Assembly: GCA_043804695.1 (NCBI GenBank)
Contig: JAZDIV010000037.1
Location: forward strand, 1-24,484
Length of the DNA stretch: 24,484 nt
Direction: 5' to 3'
Source: PVC group bacterium
GTDB taxonomy: Bacteria > Auribacterota > Erginobacteria > Erginobacterales > Erginobacteraceae
A program made the position numbers and the translations under genes. Below are positions 16,615 through 24,297 of the stretch, piece after piece (the first letter of the stretch is position 1; the number at the start of each line of letters is the position of its first letter). A model generated the notes under the pieces. It did not search any database and was not told the origin of the DNA. It worked only from the letters and a program-made list of their open reading frames with translations.

Positions 16615-17417
16615 ATGAAACGCAGAAAGTGACGGTTGCCACCATCAGGAAGAAAAAGCGGGAGGGAAAGAAGATAGTCACCCTGACCGCGTACGATTAT
16701 TTCACGTCCCGGCTGATGAACGAGGCGGGGATTGACCTGATCCTGGTCGGCGACTCGCTGGGGAACGTGGTCCTGGGGTACGAGAACACCATCCCGGTCA
16801 CCATGGCGGACATGCTCCATCACACCAAGGCGGTGGTCCGGGGGAACAGCCGGTGCCTGGTGGTGGCCGACATGCCGTTCCTCTCCTACCAGGTGAATGA
16901 CGACGAGGCCCTTCACAACGCCGGCCGTTTCATCCAGGAAGCGGGCGCTCACGCCGTCAAGCTGGAGGGGGGGAAAGATGTTGCCCCGCTGGTGGGGAAG
17001 ATGGTCCGGGCCGGCATTCCCGTGCTGGGGCACATCGGCCTTCTCCCCCAGGGCATTCTGAAAAATGGGGCCTACATCGTGGTGGGGAAGGATGAGGCAT
17101 CGGCCGGGAAGCTGATGGAGGACGCCCGGGCGCTGGAAACGGCGGGCGCCTTCGCGATCGTCCTGGAATGCGTCACGGCCCGGGTGGCGGGAGAGATCAC
17201 GAAGGCGGCCGGAATCCCCACCATCGGGATCGGCGCGGGGCCGCTCTGCGACGGGCAGATCCTGGTCGTCCACGATCTGCTCGGGCTCTGCGGCCGGCTC
17301 CGGCCGAAATTCGTGAAGCAGTACGCGGACCTGAACAAGGCGATGCTCGAAGCCTTCCGGGAATATAAGAAGGACGTGGAGGAAGGTATTTTCCCTGACG
17401 AAGATCATTCCTTCTGA
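16611..17417 (+). CDS. panB: 3-methyl-2-oxobutanoate hydroxymethyltransferase
   Basis: LTAYD, LVGDSLG, ADMPFLSY, VKLEGG, GHIGLLPQ, PTIGIGAG..CDGQILV.HD. Confidence 0.99.
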   Translation: MNETQKVTVATIRKKKREGKKIVTLTAYDYFTSRLMNEAGIDLILVGDSLGNVVLGYENTIPVTMADMLHHTKAVVRGNSRCLVVADMPFLSYQVNDDEALHNAGRFIQEAGAHAVKLEGGKDVAPLVGKMVRAGIPVLGHIGLLPQGILKNGAYIVVGKDEASAGKLMEDARALETAGAFAIVLECVTARVAGEITKAAGIPTIGIGAGPLCDGQILVVHDLLGLCGRLRPKFVKQYADLNKAMLEAFREYKKDVEEGIFPDEDHSF

Positions 17418-17419
17418 AA

Positions 17420-17567
17420 TTTGCCACCAAGTCACCAAGACACCAAGAAGGGAAATGTTGAATTTATTACCACGAAAATGAATGGAGCAACCATTTCCCC
17501 TATGACACCGTCTTGAGCAGGACAAGATAAACTATTTTTCTTGGTGCCTTGGTGTCTTGGTGGCAAA
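17420..17567. repeat. GCACCAAG octamer inverted-arm element, copy 3 (88-bp unrelated spacer)
   Basis: Arms 17420-17449 and 17538-17567 match at 28/30 as inverted repeats. Confidence 0.92.
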
Positions 17568-17588
17568 AAAAATAAAACGGCCTGAAAT

Positions 17589-18428
17589 ATGGAAGTTGTT
17601 CAATCTCCACGGGAGATGCAGGAGAAGTCCCTCGCCTTCAAGCGGCAGGGCAAGACCATCTCCTGCGTTCCCACCATGGGTTTCCTGCACGAGGGGCACC
17701 TGAGCCTGATCCGCGCCGCCCGCCCGGCGGCGGACATTCTGGTGGTGACCATCTTCGTCAACCCGGCCCAGTTCGGCCCCTCCGAGGATTTCAAAACCTA
17801 TCCCCGGGACCTCGAGCGGGACCTCGATCTCTGCCGGAAGGAAGGGGTCGATATCGTCTTCGCCCCCGAAACCTCCGACATCTACCCGGAGGGGTATTCC
17901 ACCTATGTCGAGGAGACCGATCTCAGCCGGGGACTGTGCGGGGCGGCCCGGCCCGGCCACTTCCGGGGGGTGGCGACGGTGGTGCTCAAGCTCTTCAACA
18001 TCGTTCAGCCGAACTGCGCCTTCTTTGGAGAAAAAGACTACCAGCAGTTCCGTGTGATCGGGAAGATGGTCGAGGATCTCAACCTCCCGGTCCGGGTGGT
18101 CGGCTGTCCGATCGTCCGGGAGAAGGACGGCCTGGCGATGAGTTCCCGGAATAAATATCTGAACCCTGAAGAGAGGCGGGAGGCGCTCTGCCTTTATCGT
18201 TCCCTCCTCCGGGCGCGGGAGATGGCAGAAAAAGGCGAGACCTCATCCGCGGTTATCCGGGAAGAGATGGCGGCGATGATTGGAAAGGAACCCTACGCCC
18301 GGATCGATTACATCGAGTTCCGGAACCAAGAGACCCTGGAGCCGCGGGAGCGGGCCGGGGAGGGGACCTTGATCGCCCTCGCGGTCTTCATCGGCAAAAC
18401 CCGCCTCATCGACAACCTCGTTCTGTAA
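17589..18428 (+). CDS. panC: Pantoate--beta-alanine ligase
   Basis: VPTMGFLHEGHLSL, IFVNPAQF, RPGHFRGVATVV, FGEKDYQQ, REKDGLAMSSRN, RLIDN. Confidence 0.99.
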   Translation: MEVVQSPREMQEKSLAFKRQGKTISCVPTMGFLHEGHLSLIRAARPAADILVVTIFVNPAQFGPSEDFKTYPRDLERDLDLCRKEGVDIVFAPETSDIYPEGYSTYVEETDLSRGLCGAARPGHFRGVATVVLKLFNIVQPNCAFFGEKDYQQFRVIGKMVEDLNLPVRVVGCPIVREKDGLAMSSRNKYLNPEERREALCLYRSLLRAREMAEKGETSSAVIREEMAAMIGKEPYARIDYIEFRNQETLEPRERAGEGTLIALAVFIGKTRLIDNLVL

Positions 18429-18453
18429 CCCCCCCCTCCCGCACCCCCGCCAA

Positions 18454-18554
18454 CTGTGGGAGAGGTTTTCAACCTCGATCCGGCGAGGCAAGCTGTGGGA
18501 GAGGTTTTTTAACCCGAGGTGGCGAAGCCACTTTTCGGGTCCAACCTCGATCCG
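18454..18554 (+). repeat. Two direct REP-like units (CTGTGGGAGAGGTTTTCAACCTCGATCCG); the second carries a 33-nt insert
   Basis: Copy 1 at 18454-18482; copy 2 at 18493-18554 with the insert at about 18509-18541. Confidence 0.8.
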
Positions 18555-18570
18555 TCGAGACCTGGCATCA

Positions 18571-18749
18571 AGACCCCCGCGGCTTCATGCCGCGGGTGAA
18601 TCAGTTCACAAACTACCCGCGCCGCTTCCGCCTCCTCCCCCAGACCCCCGCGGCTTTACGCCGCGGGTGAATCAGTTCACAAGCTACCTGCGCCGCTTCC
18701 GCCTCCCCCCCAGACCCCCGCGGCTTTACGCCGCGGGTGAATCAGTTCA
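18571..18749 (+). repeat. About 70-bp tandem repeat, 2.5 copies, each with a CCCGCGGC..GCCGCGGG hairpin
   Basis: Units start at 18571, 18642 and 18712 (periods 71 and 70). Confidence 0.95.
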
Positions 18750-18901
18750 TCGCTGATGATATGACCAATCTTCGGCAGGGGCCGTTCTTCAACAACATAA
18801 TAATCAGCATGCTTCTTTAACTGGGTGACAAACCAGACTCCCGGAGTGGTCCACGAGTTAAACAGGTTGAAGTCATAGTACCCCATGTCGATGGAAAAAA
18901 T
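18740..18901 (-). pseudogene. Internal fragment of an IS4-family DDE transposase
   Basis: IFSIDMGYYDFNLFNSWTTPGVWFVTQLKKHADYYVVEERPLP..IISDELI resembles the DRGY...FVTRLK segment of IS4 transposases. An in-frame TAG lies just upstream and no IS ends were seen. Recognised from memory. Confidence 0.7.
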
Positions 18902-19001
18902 CTATTGTCGTGAGCAAAGGCGCCGGTTTAGGCATTTATAAACAGTTGAGAGGATTTTTTTATCTCTTAAATTTTACGATGCAAAATCCTGAATTCAATT
19001 G

Positions 19002-19901
19002 ATGAAAAGCGATTATTTAAGATTGTTCGTAATCCTGAGTTTAGTTTTGTTTTTTTCCCCAACCGGAGGCATCGTCCCGGTTCCGATCGCCGGCGGGGAG
19101 ACCGGGCAAGAACTGAAGGTGGTCTTTTTCGATGTCGGGCAGGGGGACGCGACCCTGATTATCACCCCGGGTGGGAAGAGGATTTTAATCGACGGGGGGA
19201 CCGGGGAAGGCGCCTTCGGAAGCGAGGACCAGGGAAAAAAAGTAATACTGCCCTATCTGCGCCGCGCCGGCATCGAGCGGCTGGACACGGTGATCGCGAC
19301 CCACCCCGACTTCGATCACATCGGGGGTCTGGTTTCCGTGATGAACGCGAAGAACCTGGAGATCGGGGAGGTGCTGGATGCCGGCGTTCCTCACCCCAGC
19401 GAGGGCTACCTGGAACTGCTGCAGGCGGTTCAAGACCGCCCGGAGATCATCTACCGCCAGCCCCGGGCGGGGGATGTGCTGGAGTGGGGAGAGGAAGTGA
19501 AGGCGGAAGTTTTGAGTCCCTCCTATCTCATGAAGGACAACAATGATTCCTCGGTTGTGGTCAAGCTCAGCTATGGGGATGTTTCCTTTCTTTTTACCGG
19601 GGACGCCGCCGGCAGCGCCGAGCAGATCATGAACAGGAAGTTCGGCGCCCGGCTGCGGTGTACGGTCCTGAAAGCCGGCCATCACGGATCGAAGCAATCC
19701 AGCACGCAAGGGTTTTTACAGAAGGTGCGGCCGTCTGCGGCCGTCTTCAGTTGCGGAGCGGAGAATACATACGGCCATCCGAATGAAGAAACGATTGAGA
19801 GATTGAGAAAGGTCGGGGCAACAATGTACCGCACCGACGAGCAGGGCACAATCACCATCACCACTGATGAGGAGGATTACCGGGTCGAAACCGAGAAGTG
19901 A
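19002..19901 (+). CDS. Exported ComEC/Rec2-like metallo-beta-lactamase-fold hydrolase (putative nuclease)
   Basis: Hydrophobic N-terminus; DVGQGD, LIDGG, THPDFDHIGG, LFTGD, KAGHHGS, YGHP, YRTDEQG. Lacks the ComEC membrane channel domain. Confidence 0.9.
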   Translation: MKSDYLRLFVILSLVLFFSPTGGIVPVPIAGGETGQELKVVFFDVGQGDATLIITPGGKRILIDGGTGEGAFGSEDQGKKVILPYLRRAGIERLDTVIATHPDFDHIGGLVSVMNAKNLEIGEVLDAGVPHPSEGYLELLQAVQDRPEIIYRQPRAGDVLEWGEEVKAEVLSPSYLMKDNNDSSVVVKLSYGDVSFLFTGDAAGSAEQIMNRKFGARLRCTVLKAGHHGSKQSSTQGFLQKVRPSAAVFSCGAENTYGHPNEETIERLRKVGATMYRTDEQGTITITTDEEDYRVETEK

Positions 19902-19992
19902 AAGCCGGGACTTCTCGAAGACTTGGCTTCAGACGGAAGCCCTGCCCGGAGTTCAGTGTGGAAATTCAGGCGTTCGGCCCGATTGATTGACA

Positions 19993-20838
19993 ATGAGAGA
20001 GACCCCCAAGAGAAAAATCGACCGGATCATCGGGGTTGTTCTGCTGGCCGGTATCGGCCTCTTCGTCGGCCGGCACTTCCTCTCCGGGTTGGAAGGATAT
20101 CCGAAGATCGAGGCGAAGGTCTCCCGCGCGCTCCACATCCCCGAGGTGGTGGAGAAGGTGGTCGAAGCTCTCAACCTTGGCGATGACCGGGACACGGAGG
20201 AGTTCCAGCGGGACCGGGAAGCGAAGTTGGAGAAGGAGCGCCGGCCCGTCTTTGACCTCGAGGTTCCTCCGGGAGGGCGGGGAGAGTCAAAATACGAGGT
20301 GACGCCGCTGGTGGACAAGGGGTACTACCCCGCACTGCGAAGCGAGATCGGGCGAGCGAAGAAATCGATCTACGTGTCGATGTTCGTGATTGCCCGGGGG
20401 CAGAGCGCCTCCGATCCGGTCACGACCATCCTCAACGATCTGATCGCGGCGAAAAGGCGGGGGGTTGACGTCAAGGTGGTGGTTGAGAACCCCCGGGGCT
20501 CATCCGGCGATCTCTACCGGAACAATGAAGAGGCGATCGGTTATTTGCAGGCGGGCGGGGTGGAAGCGGCGTTCAACGAGCCCAACAAGCAGGTTCACGA
20601 CAAATTCGTCCTGATTGACGGGGAGACGTTATTGCTCGGGAACCACAACTGGTCGCGCCAGGCCCTGACCGTCAACCGGGAGGTCTCGGCGCTGGTGCGG
20701 GCTTACCCCGCCGATCCGGCGTTTATCCGGCATTTTGCGAATATCAAGCTGGCCCGCCCGGAGGAGACGAAGCAGGGGCGGGCGGGTTTGATCAAGGAGC
20801 TGCATAAGGAGCTGTTGGGTAGGGATAAGGAGGGATGA
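19993..20838 (+). CDS. Membrane-anchored single-HKD phospholipase D-family (Nuc-like) protein
   Basis: N-terminal TM segment IIGVVLLAGIGLFVG; AKKSIYVSMF, AKRRGVDVKV, HDKFVLID + GNHNWS + NRE. Confidence 0.88.
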   Translation: MRETPKRKIDRIIGVVLLAGIGLFVGRHFLSGLEGYPKIEAKVSRALHIPEVVEKVVEALNLGDDRDTEEFQRDREAKLEKERRPVFDLEVPPGGRGESKYEVTPLVDKGYYPALRSEIGRAKKSIYVSMFVIARGQSASDPVTTILNDLIAAKRRGVDVKVVVENPRGSSGDLYRNNEEAIGYLQAGGVEAAFNEPNKQVHDKFVLIDGETLLLGNHNWSRQALTVNREVSALVRAYPADPAFIRHFANIKLARPEETKQGRAGLIKELHKELLGRDKEG

Positions 20839-20913
20839 GTAGGGAGGAGCAGGGATTATCAGGGATGAGCAGGGGTGAAACGGCGAGACTGTTCACCGCT
20901 TACCGGGAAAGCA

Positions 20914-21651
20914 ATGAAACAAATCGTATCTAACATTACTCTGACGGCATTCATCTGTATGCTATCCGCTTTTCCCACTCCCGCCCCCGCCGACACCATC
21001 ACACTGAAAGACGGCAGTACCCTGGAAGGCGGGATCGGCGCCCAGGATAGTGAAACCATTCTCCTCTCCGTCCCCGGGCGCGGCCTGCTCAAGATTCAGC
21101 GATCCTCGATCGAGTCGATCGAGCAGGGGGCGGTCGCGCCGGGGGAACAGGTCGACCGGGCGGCCGCCGTTGAGGGCCTCACGTTTCTCAGCTGCCGGGA
21201 GTATTACATGGAACTCCAGAAAGCCCTTAAAAACGCGAAGGAATCTATTCAGGTGATGATGTATTTCATCAATTATGACGGCCGGCCGGGTACCCCGGTC
21301 AGCGATCTGGTCAATCTCCTTGTCGCCGCCCGGAAAAGGGGGGTGAAGGTTGAGATATTGCTGGAGGAGTCAACGGAAAAGAACATTACCGAGGCCAACC
21401 GGCGGGCGGCGGGGTTTCTTAAGAAGAACGGAATCGAGGTCCGGATGCACCCGGTCTACCCGGTGATGCACGTGAAACTGGTGCTGATCGACGGGGATAT
21501 CTCGATCGTCGGGAGCCACAACTGGACCCTGGCCTCGACCCATGCCAACGTCGAGTCCTCGGTCCTGATCGAGTCGAAGCGGGTGGCGGGGGAGTACGGG
21601 AAGTATTTTAAAACCCATTTCAACCGGGCCCAGCCGTACCGGGAAGGGTAG
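20914..21651 (+). CDS. Secreted single-HKD phospholipase D-family (Nuc-like) protein
   Basis: Signal-like N-terminus, small DTITLKDG..EG.I domain, AKESIQVMMY, ARKRGVKVEI, HVKLVLID + GSHNWT + NVE. Start is 20914 (ATG) or 20875 (GTG). Confidence 0.88.
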   Translation: MKQIVSNITLTAFICMLSAFPTPAPADTITLKDGSTLEGGIGAQDSETILLSVPGRGLLKIQRSSIESIEQGAVAPGEQVDRAAAVEGLTFLSCREYYMELQKALKNAKESIQVMMYFINYDGRPGTPVSDLVNLLVAARKRGVKVEILLEESTEKNITEANRRAAGFLKKNGIEVRMHPVYPVMHVKLVLIDGDISIVGSHNWTLASTHANVESSVLIESKRVAGEYGKYFKTHFNRAQPYREG

Positions 21652-21691
21652 AGCGCAGCGGCGGGGAAAACAGGGGAAGGAGACGGCAATA

Positions 21692-22765
21692 GTGAAAGCG
21701 ACGAGCGGGAGTAGGGCGTGGATTATTGTAACGCTGGCGGTTATAATAAGCATTCTGGGATCGGCGCGGATAGTCCGGGCCTCCGGGCAGAACCCGACCC
21801 TGGTTCTGACGGCCAATGTGCCGGGGACCTATCGGTCCGGGGAGGAGATCATCTTGACGGCCGCGGTGGAAAACGGGGTGATAATCCTCGGTCCGGAATA
21901 CACCCCCGCCCGTTCCTTCGAGGCTCTCGCGCCGTCATACGCCTGCGACGCCCGGGCCCTGGTCCAGTATCAGGATGAAAACGGGAACACCGTCAGCGAT
22001 GTTTTTAGTGCCGAGCTGACGTTAACCCTGAGAGCGGCCACTCCCACGCCGCCCCCTCCGCCCACGCCGATTCCGGCTACGCCTGTTCCAATAGCGACAT
22101 TAATGCAATCGACTCCGCCTCCAACGCCGGTACCACCTCTTGAAGTGGAAATAGCAGGGCCATCTGAAGTGGTAGCACATTGTGCCGTAATTTATACTGC
22201 CCTCATATCCGGGGGTGTGCCACCATATAGTGAAGCCTGGGCGCCGCAATTAACCGGGAGTTTTAGATCGACTGGAGAAAAAACTTTATTGTGCGCGGTT
22301 CGCGATGCCAGCGACCAGAGAGCTTCTGCCGAATTTAATGTTTTGGTTTATGAATTTGGATGTGAAGTAGGAAGTGCTTCCACCGAGGAAGTGGAAGATA
22401 GTAGTAAGAAAGAGAGGCTAACACCTGATATTAATGGCTTTGGTCCCCCACCCGGAAATGTGATTCCTATTTCTTTTTCTGAATCTGTGGCAAAGAACGC
22501 CAGCCTATCGGTAAGTATTTCAGCTGGTGTTGGACCTGTATCAGCTAGTTTAGGTTACTCCCATGGCCAATCAATTTCAGCTACAGCTTCGGCAAGTTAT
22601 CCTGTCCAGTTAAGCGATGGTCAAAAAGCATATCTTTACGCCTACCCCGTTTATGCAATTACAATCGGGGATGTTGTGTGCCGAAATTGTGAAAGGATAT
22701 ATGACACAGGAGTATACATCGGGAAAAAACTCAGTCATTGGAGTGTTTACCTAGAAGTTGAATAA
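21692..22765 (+). CDS. Secreted modular hypothetical protein (Pro/Thr linker, Ig/PKD-like segment, Ser-rich C-terminal domain)
   Basis: 357-aa ORF with a GTG start after GGAG, a hydrophobic signal, a TPTPPPPPTPIP linker and a SGGVPPYS..W..G..T..V.D pattern. Confidence 0.75.
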   Translation: MKATSGSRAWIIVTLAVIISILGSARIVRASGQNPTLVLTANVPGTYRSGEEIILTAAVENGVIILGPEYTPARSFEALAPSYACDARALVQYQDENGNTVSDVFSAELTLTLRAATPTPPPPPTPIPATPVPIATLMQSTPPPTPVPPLEVEIAGPSEVVAHCAVIYTALISGGVPPYSEAWAPQLTGSFRSTGEKTLLCAVRDASDQRASAEFNVLVYEFGCEVGSASTEEVEDSSKKERLTPDINGFGPPPGNVIPISFSESVAKNASLSVSISAGVGPVSASLGYSHGQSISATASASYPVQLSDGQKAYLYAYPVYAITIGDVVCRNCERIYDTGVYIGKKLSHWSVYLEVE

Positions 22766-22827
22766 AAGCAGGTTCCAAAATTTCTGTATGCCCATTAGGC
22801 GGATTAATGTCCAAGGGAGGATCGAAA

Positions 22828-23745
22828 ATGAAAAATGTGTTTAGGAGTTCTGTTGTAATAGTTTGTTGCTTGTTTTTGGGAATGATCGTAATTCCGGAAG
22901 CTTTTCCCGGAGGAGAATTCAAACCGGATAAGAAACGCTCAGAAGCAGAAGCAAATCTATCGGGCCAAATCGAACCGGCCGAAGTAAAGACGGTGGCGGA
23001 AGCTATTGATATCGCCGAATCGTATTTTAAAGAGGCACATACTACTCCGGATACTGACAGGCAAAAGATACTTTTCTTTCGCGGCGATGAATATTTTAAA
23101 CGCGCTCACGAAATCTTGAACAAAGAAAAATCTGAACTTTTATTAAAGGAAGGATGGCTCAAACTAAGATGGTCATTGGGTTTGAACGAAGCACTACCAA
23201 TGCTGGAAGAAGGACTCCAATTAAGTCCCGATAATCCCGTTGCCTACTACAAGGTCGCCTTTCTTAAAAGAGATAAATATTCTTTTTCACTACCAAAATA
23301 CACGGACAAACCGCAGAGAACTAAGAAAATGCCTGACGGAACTGTTGTTCATTTGGAACCTGTACATAGTATCTATTCCGAAGAGAATGACAACACTCTG
23401 CTGGAAGAAGCCCAAAAGCTGGCGGAAAAAGCGGTCCAGTTGGATCCGACTTTTGCCAATGCTTATGAGTTTCTATCCAGTCTTCACGGGTTTAAAAGAG
23501 AACTGGAAAAAGCAAATCATTACAAGTACCTATTTCTCATGAATAAAGAATATTTTAACCTGGAACTCCTATATTACAATGAGAATCTTTTAAAATACAA
23601 CTGGATTCCATCGGCAATAAGTCTATTGAGAAGCCGCGCCCCGGAAAAATATGAAGAACTTGTTAAACAAAATATCATAGGACCTGATGATGAAGAGTTC
23701 AGGACGGACGTTAACCGGCCTGAAACCAGTTTGAAGGTAAAGTGA
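22828..23745 (+). CDS. Exported tetratricopeptide-repeat-like protein
   Basis: SD GGGAGG; signal-like N-terminus; TPR-like segments LEEGLQLSPDNPVAYYKVA and AEKAVQLDPTFANAYEFLS; low GC. Confidence 0.8.
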   Translation: MKNVFRSSVVIVCCLFLGMIVIPEAFPGGEFKPDKKRSEAEANLSGQIEPAEVKTVAEAIDIAESYFKEAHTTPDTDRQKILFFRGDEYFKRAHEILNKEKSELLLKEGWLKLRWSLGLNEALPMLEEGLQLSPDNPVAYYKVAFLKRDKYSFSLPKYTDKPQRTKKMPDGTVVHLEPVHSIYSEENDNTLLEEAQKLAEKAVQLDPTFANAYEFLSSLHGFKRELEKANHYKYLFLMNKEYFNLELLYYNENLLKYNWIPSAISLLRSRAPEKYEELVKQNIIGPDDEEFRTDVNRPETSLKVK

Positions 23746-23838
23746 GCACCGCACTTTTTTCAAGCTGACTCTATGCTATCCATACCGGCAGGACTCTCAT
23801 CATAACCTGTCCAACAGAAGAGGACGGTCAGGCAGGAG

Positions 23839-24297
23839 ATGAAAAACAGCAGAATACCTATCGGTGAGATGATTTCTTCGGGAGTAGTCCTGATTGCTTC
23901 GTTCATGCCGTGGGGTTCTTTCAAGTCTACAGTGCGTTCTCCATTCGGCGGCGGCTCACAATTCAGCAACATACAAATTACATCCACCATCAACGGCTGG
24001 AATGGGAGCCTGACCCTCCTTGGCATAACGATTCCGAACTGGCTGGTTGTGGTAGTCGCCCTTGCAGTCACAGTCATGGCGGTTTGCAGACAGCTCAAGA
24101 ACATGAATGTTCCGCCCCTTCTCAGCATTCTTTTTTCTGCCTATGGGCTCGTTCATTGTGGCGTGTCTGTCTCCATACTTGGCACGAAGGGAACTCTCGG
24201 TATTGGAAGTCTGTTGTCACTCGCAGGATTTGTCTCACTCATCATATTGTCCATCAAGGCATTGTCACATAACGAGTTGGTGCAGCCAACCTCGTAA
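23839..24297 (+). CDS. Hypothetical membrane protein (about 4 TM), probable integron cassette ORF
   Basis: AGGAG immediately upstream; several hydrophobic segments; the C-terminus HNELVQPTS reads into the attC site. Confidence 0.8.
   Translation: MKNSRIPIGEMISSGVVLIASFMPWGSFKSTVRSPFGGGSQFSNIQITSTINGWNGSLTLLGITIPNWLVVVVALAVTVMAVCRQLKNMNVPPLLSILFSAYGLVHCGVSVSILGTKGTLGIGSLLSLAGFVSLIILSIKALSHNELVQPTS

Noticed and set aside
212..18491. Many long minus-strand and alternative-frame ORFs (e.g. 2889-4079, 4130-5071, 6872-7798, 9770-10777, 16596-17525)
   Set aside because: They are shadows of well-identified + strand genes in GC-rich DNA and show no recognisable motifs.
18571..18749. CRISPR array
   Set aside because: Only three repeats, the two spacers are nearly identical, and no cas genes or leader are present.
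23790..23833. Complete second attC upstream of the cassette ORF (CATAAC..GTCAGGC)
   Set aside because: Too short, and it lacks complementary L boxes and matching R boxes; at most a remnant core site.
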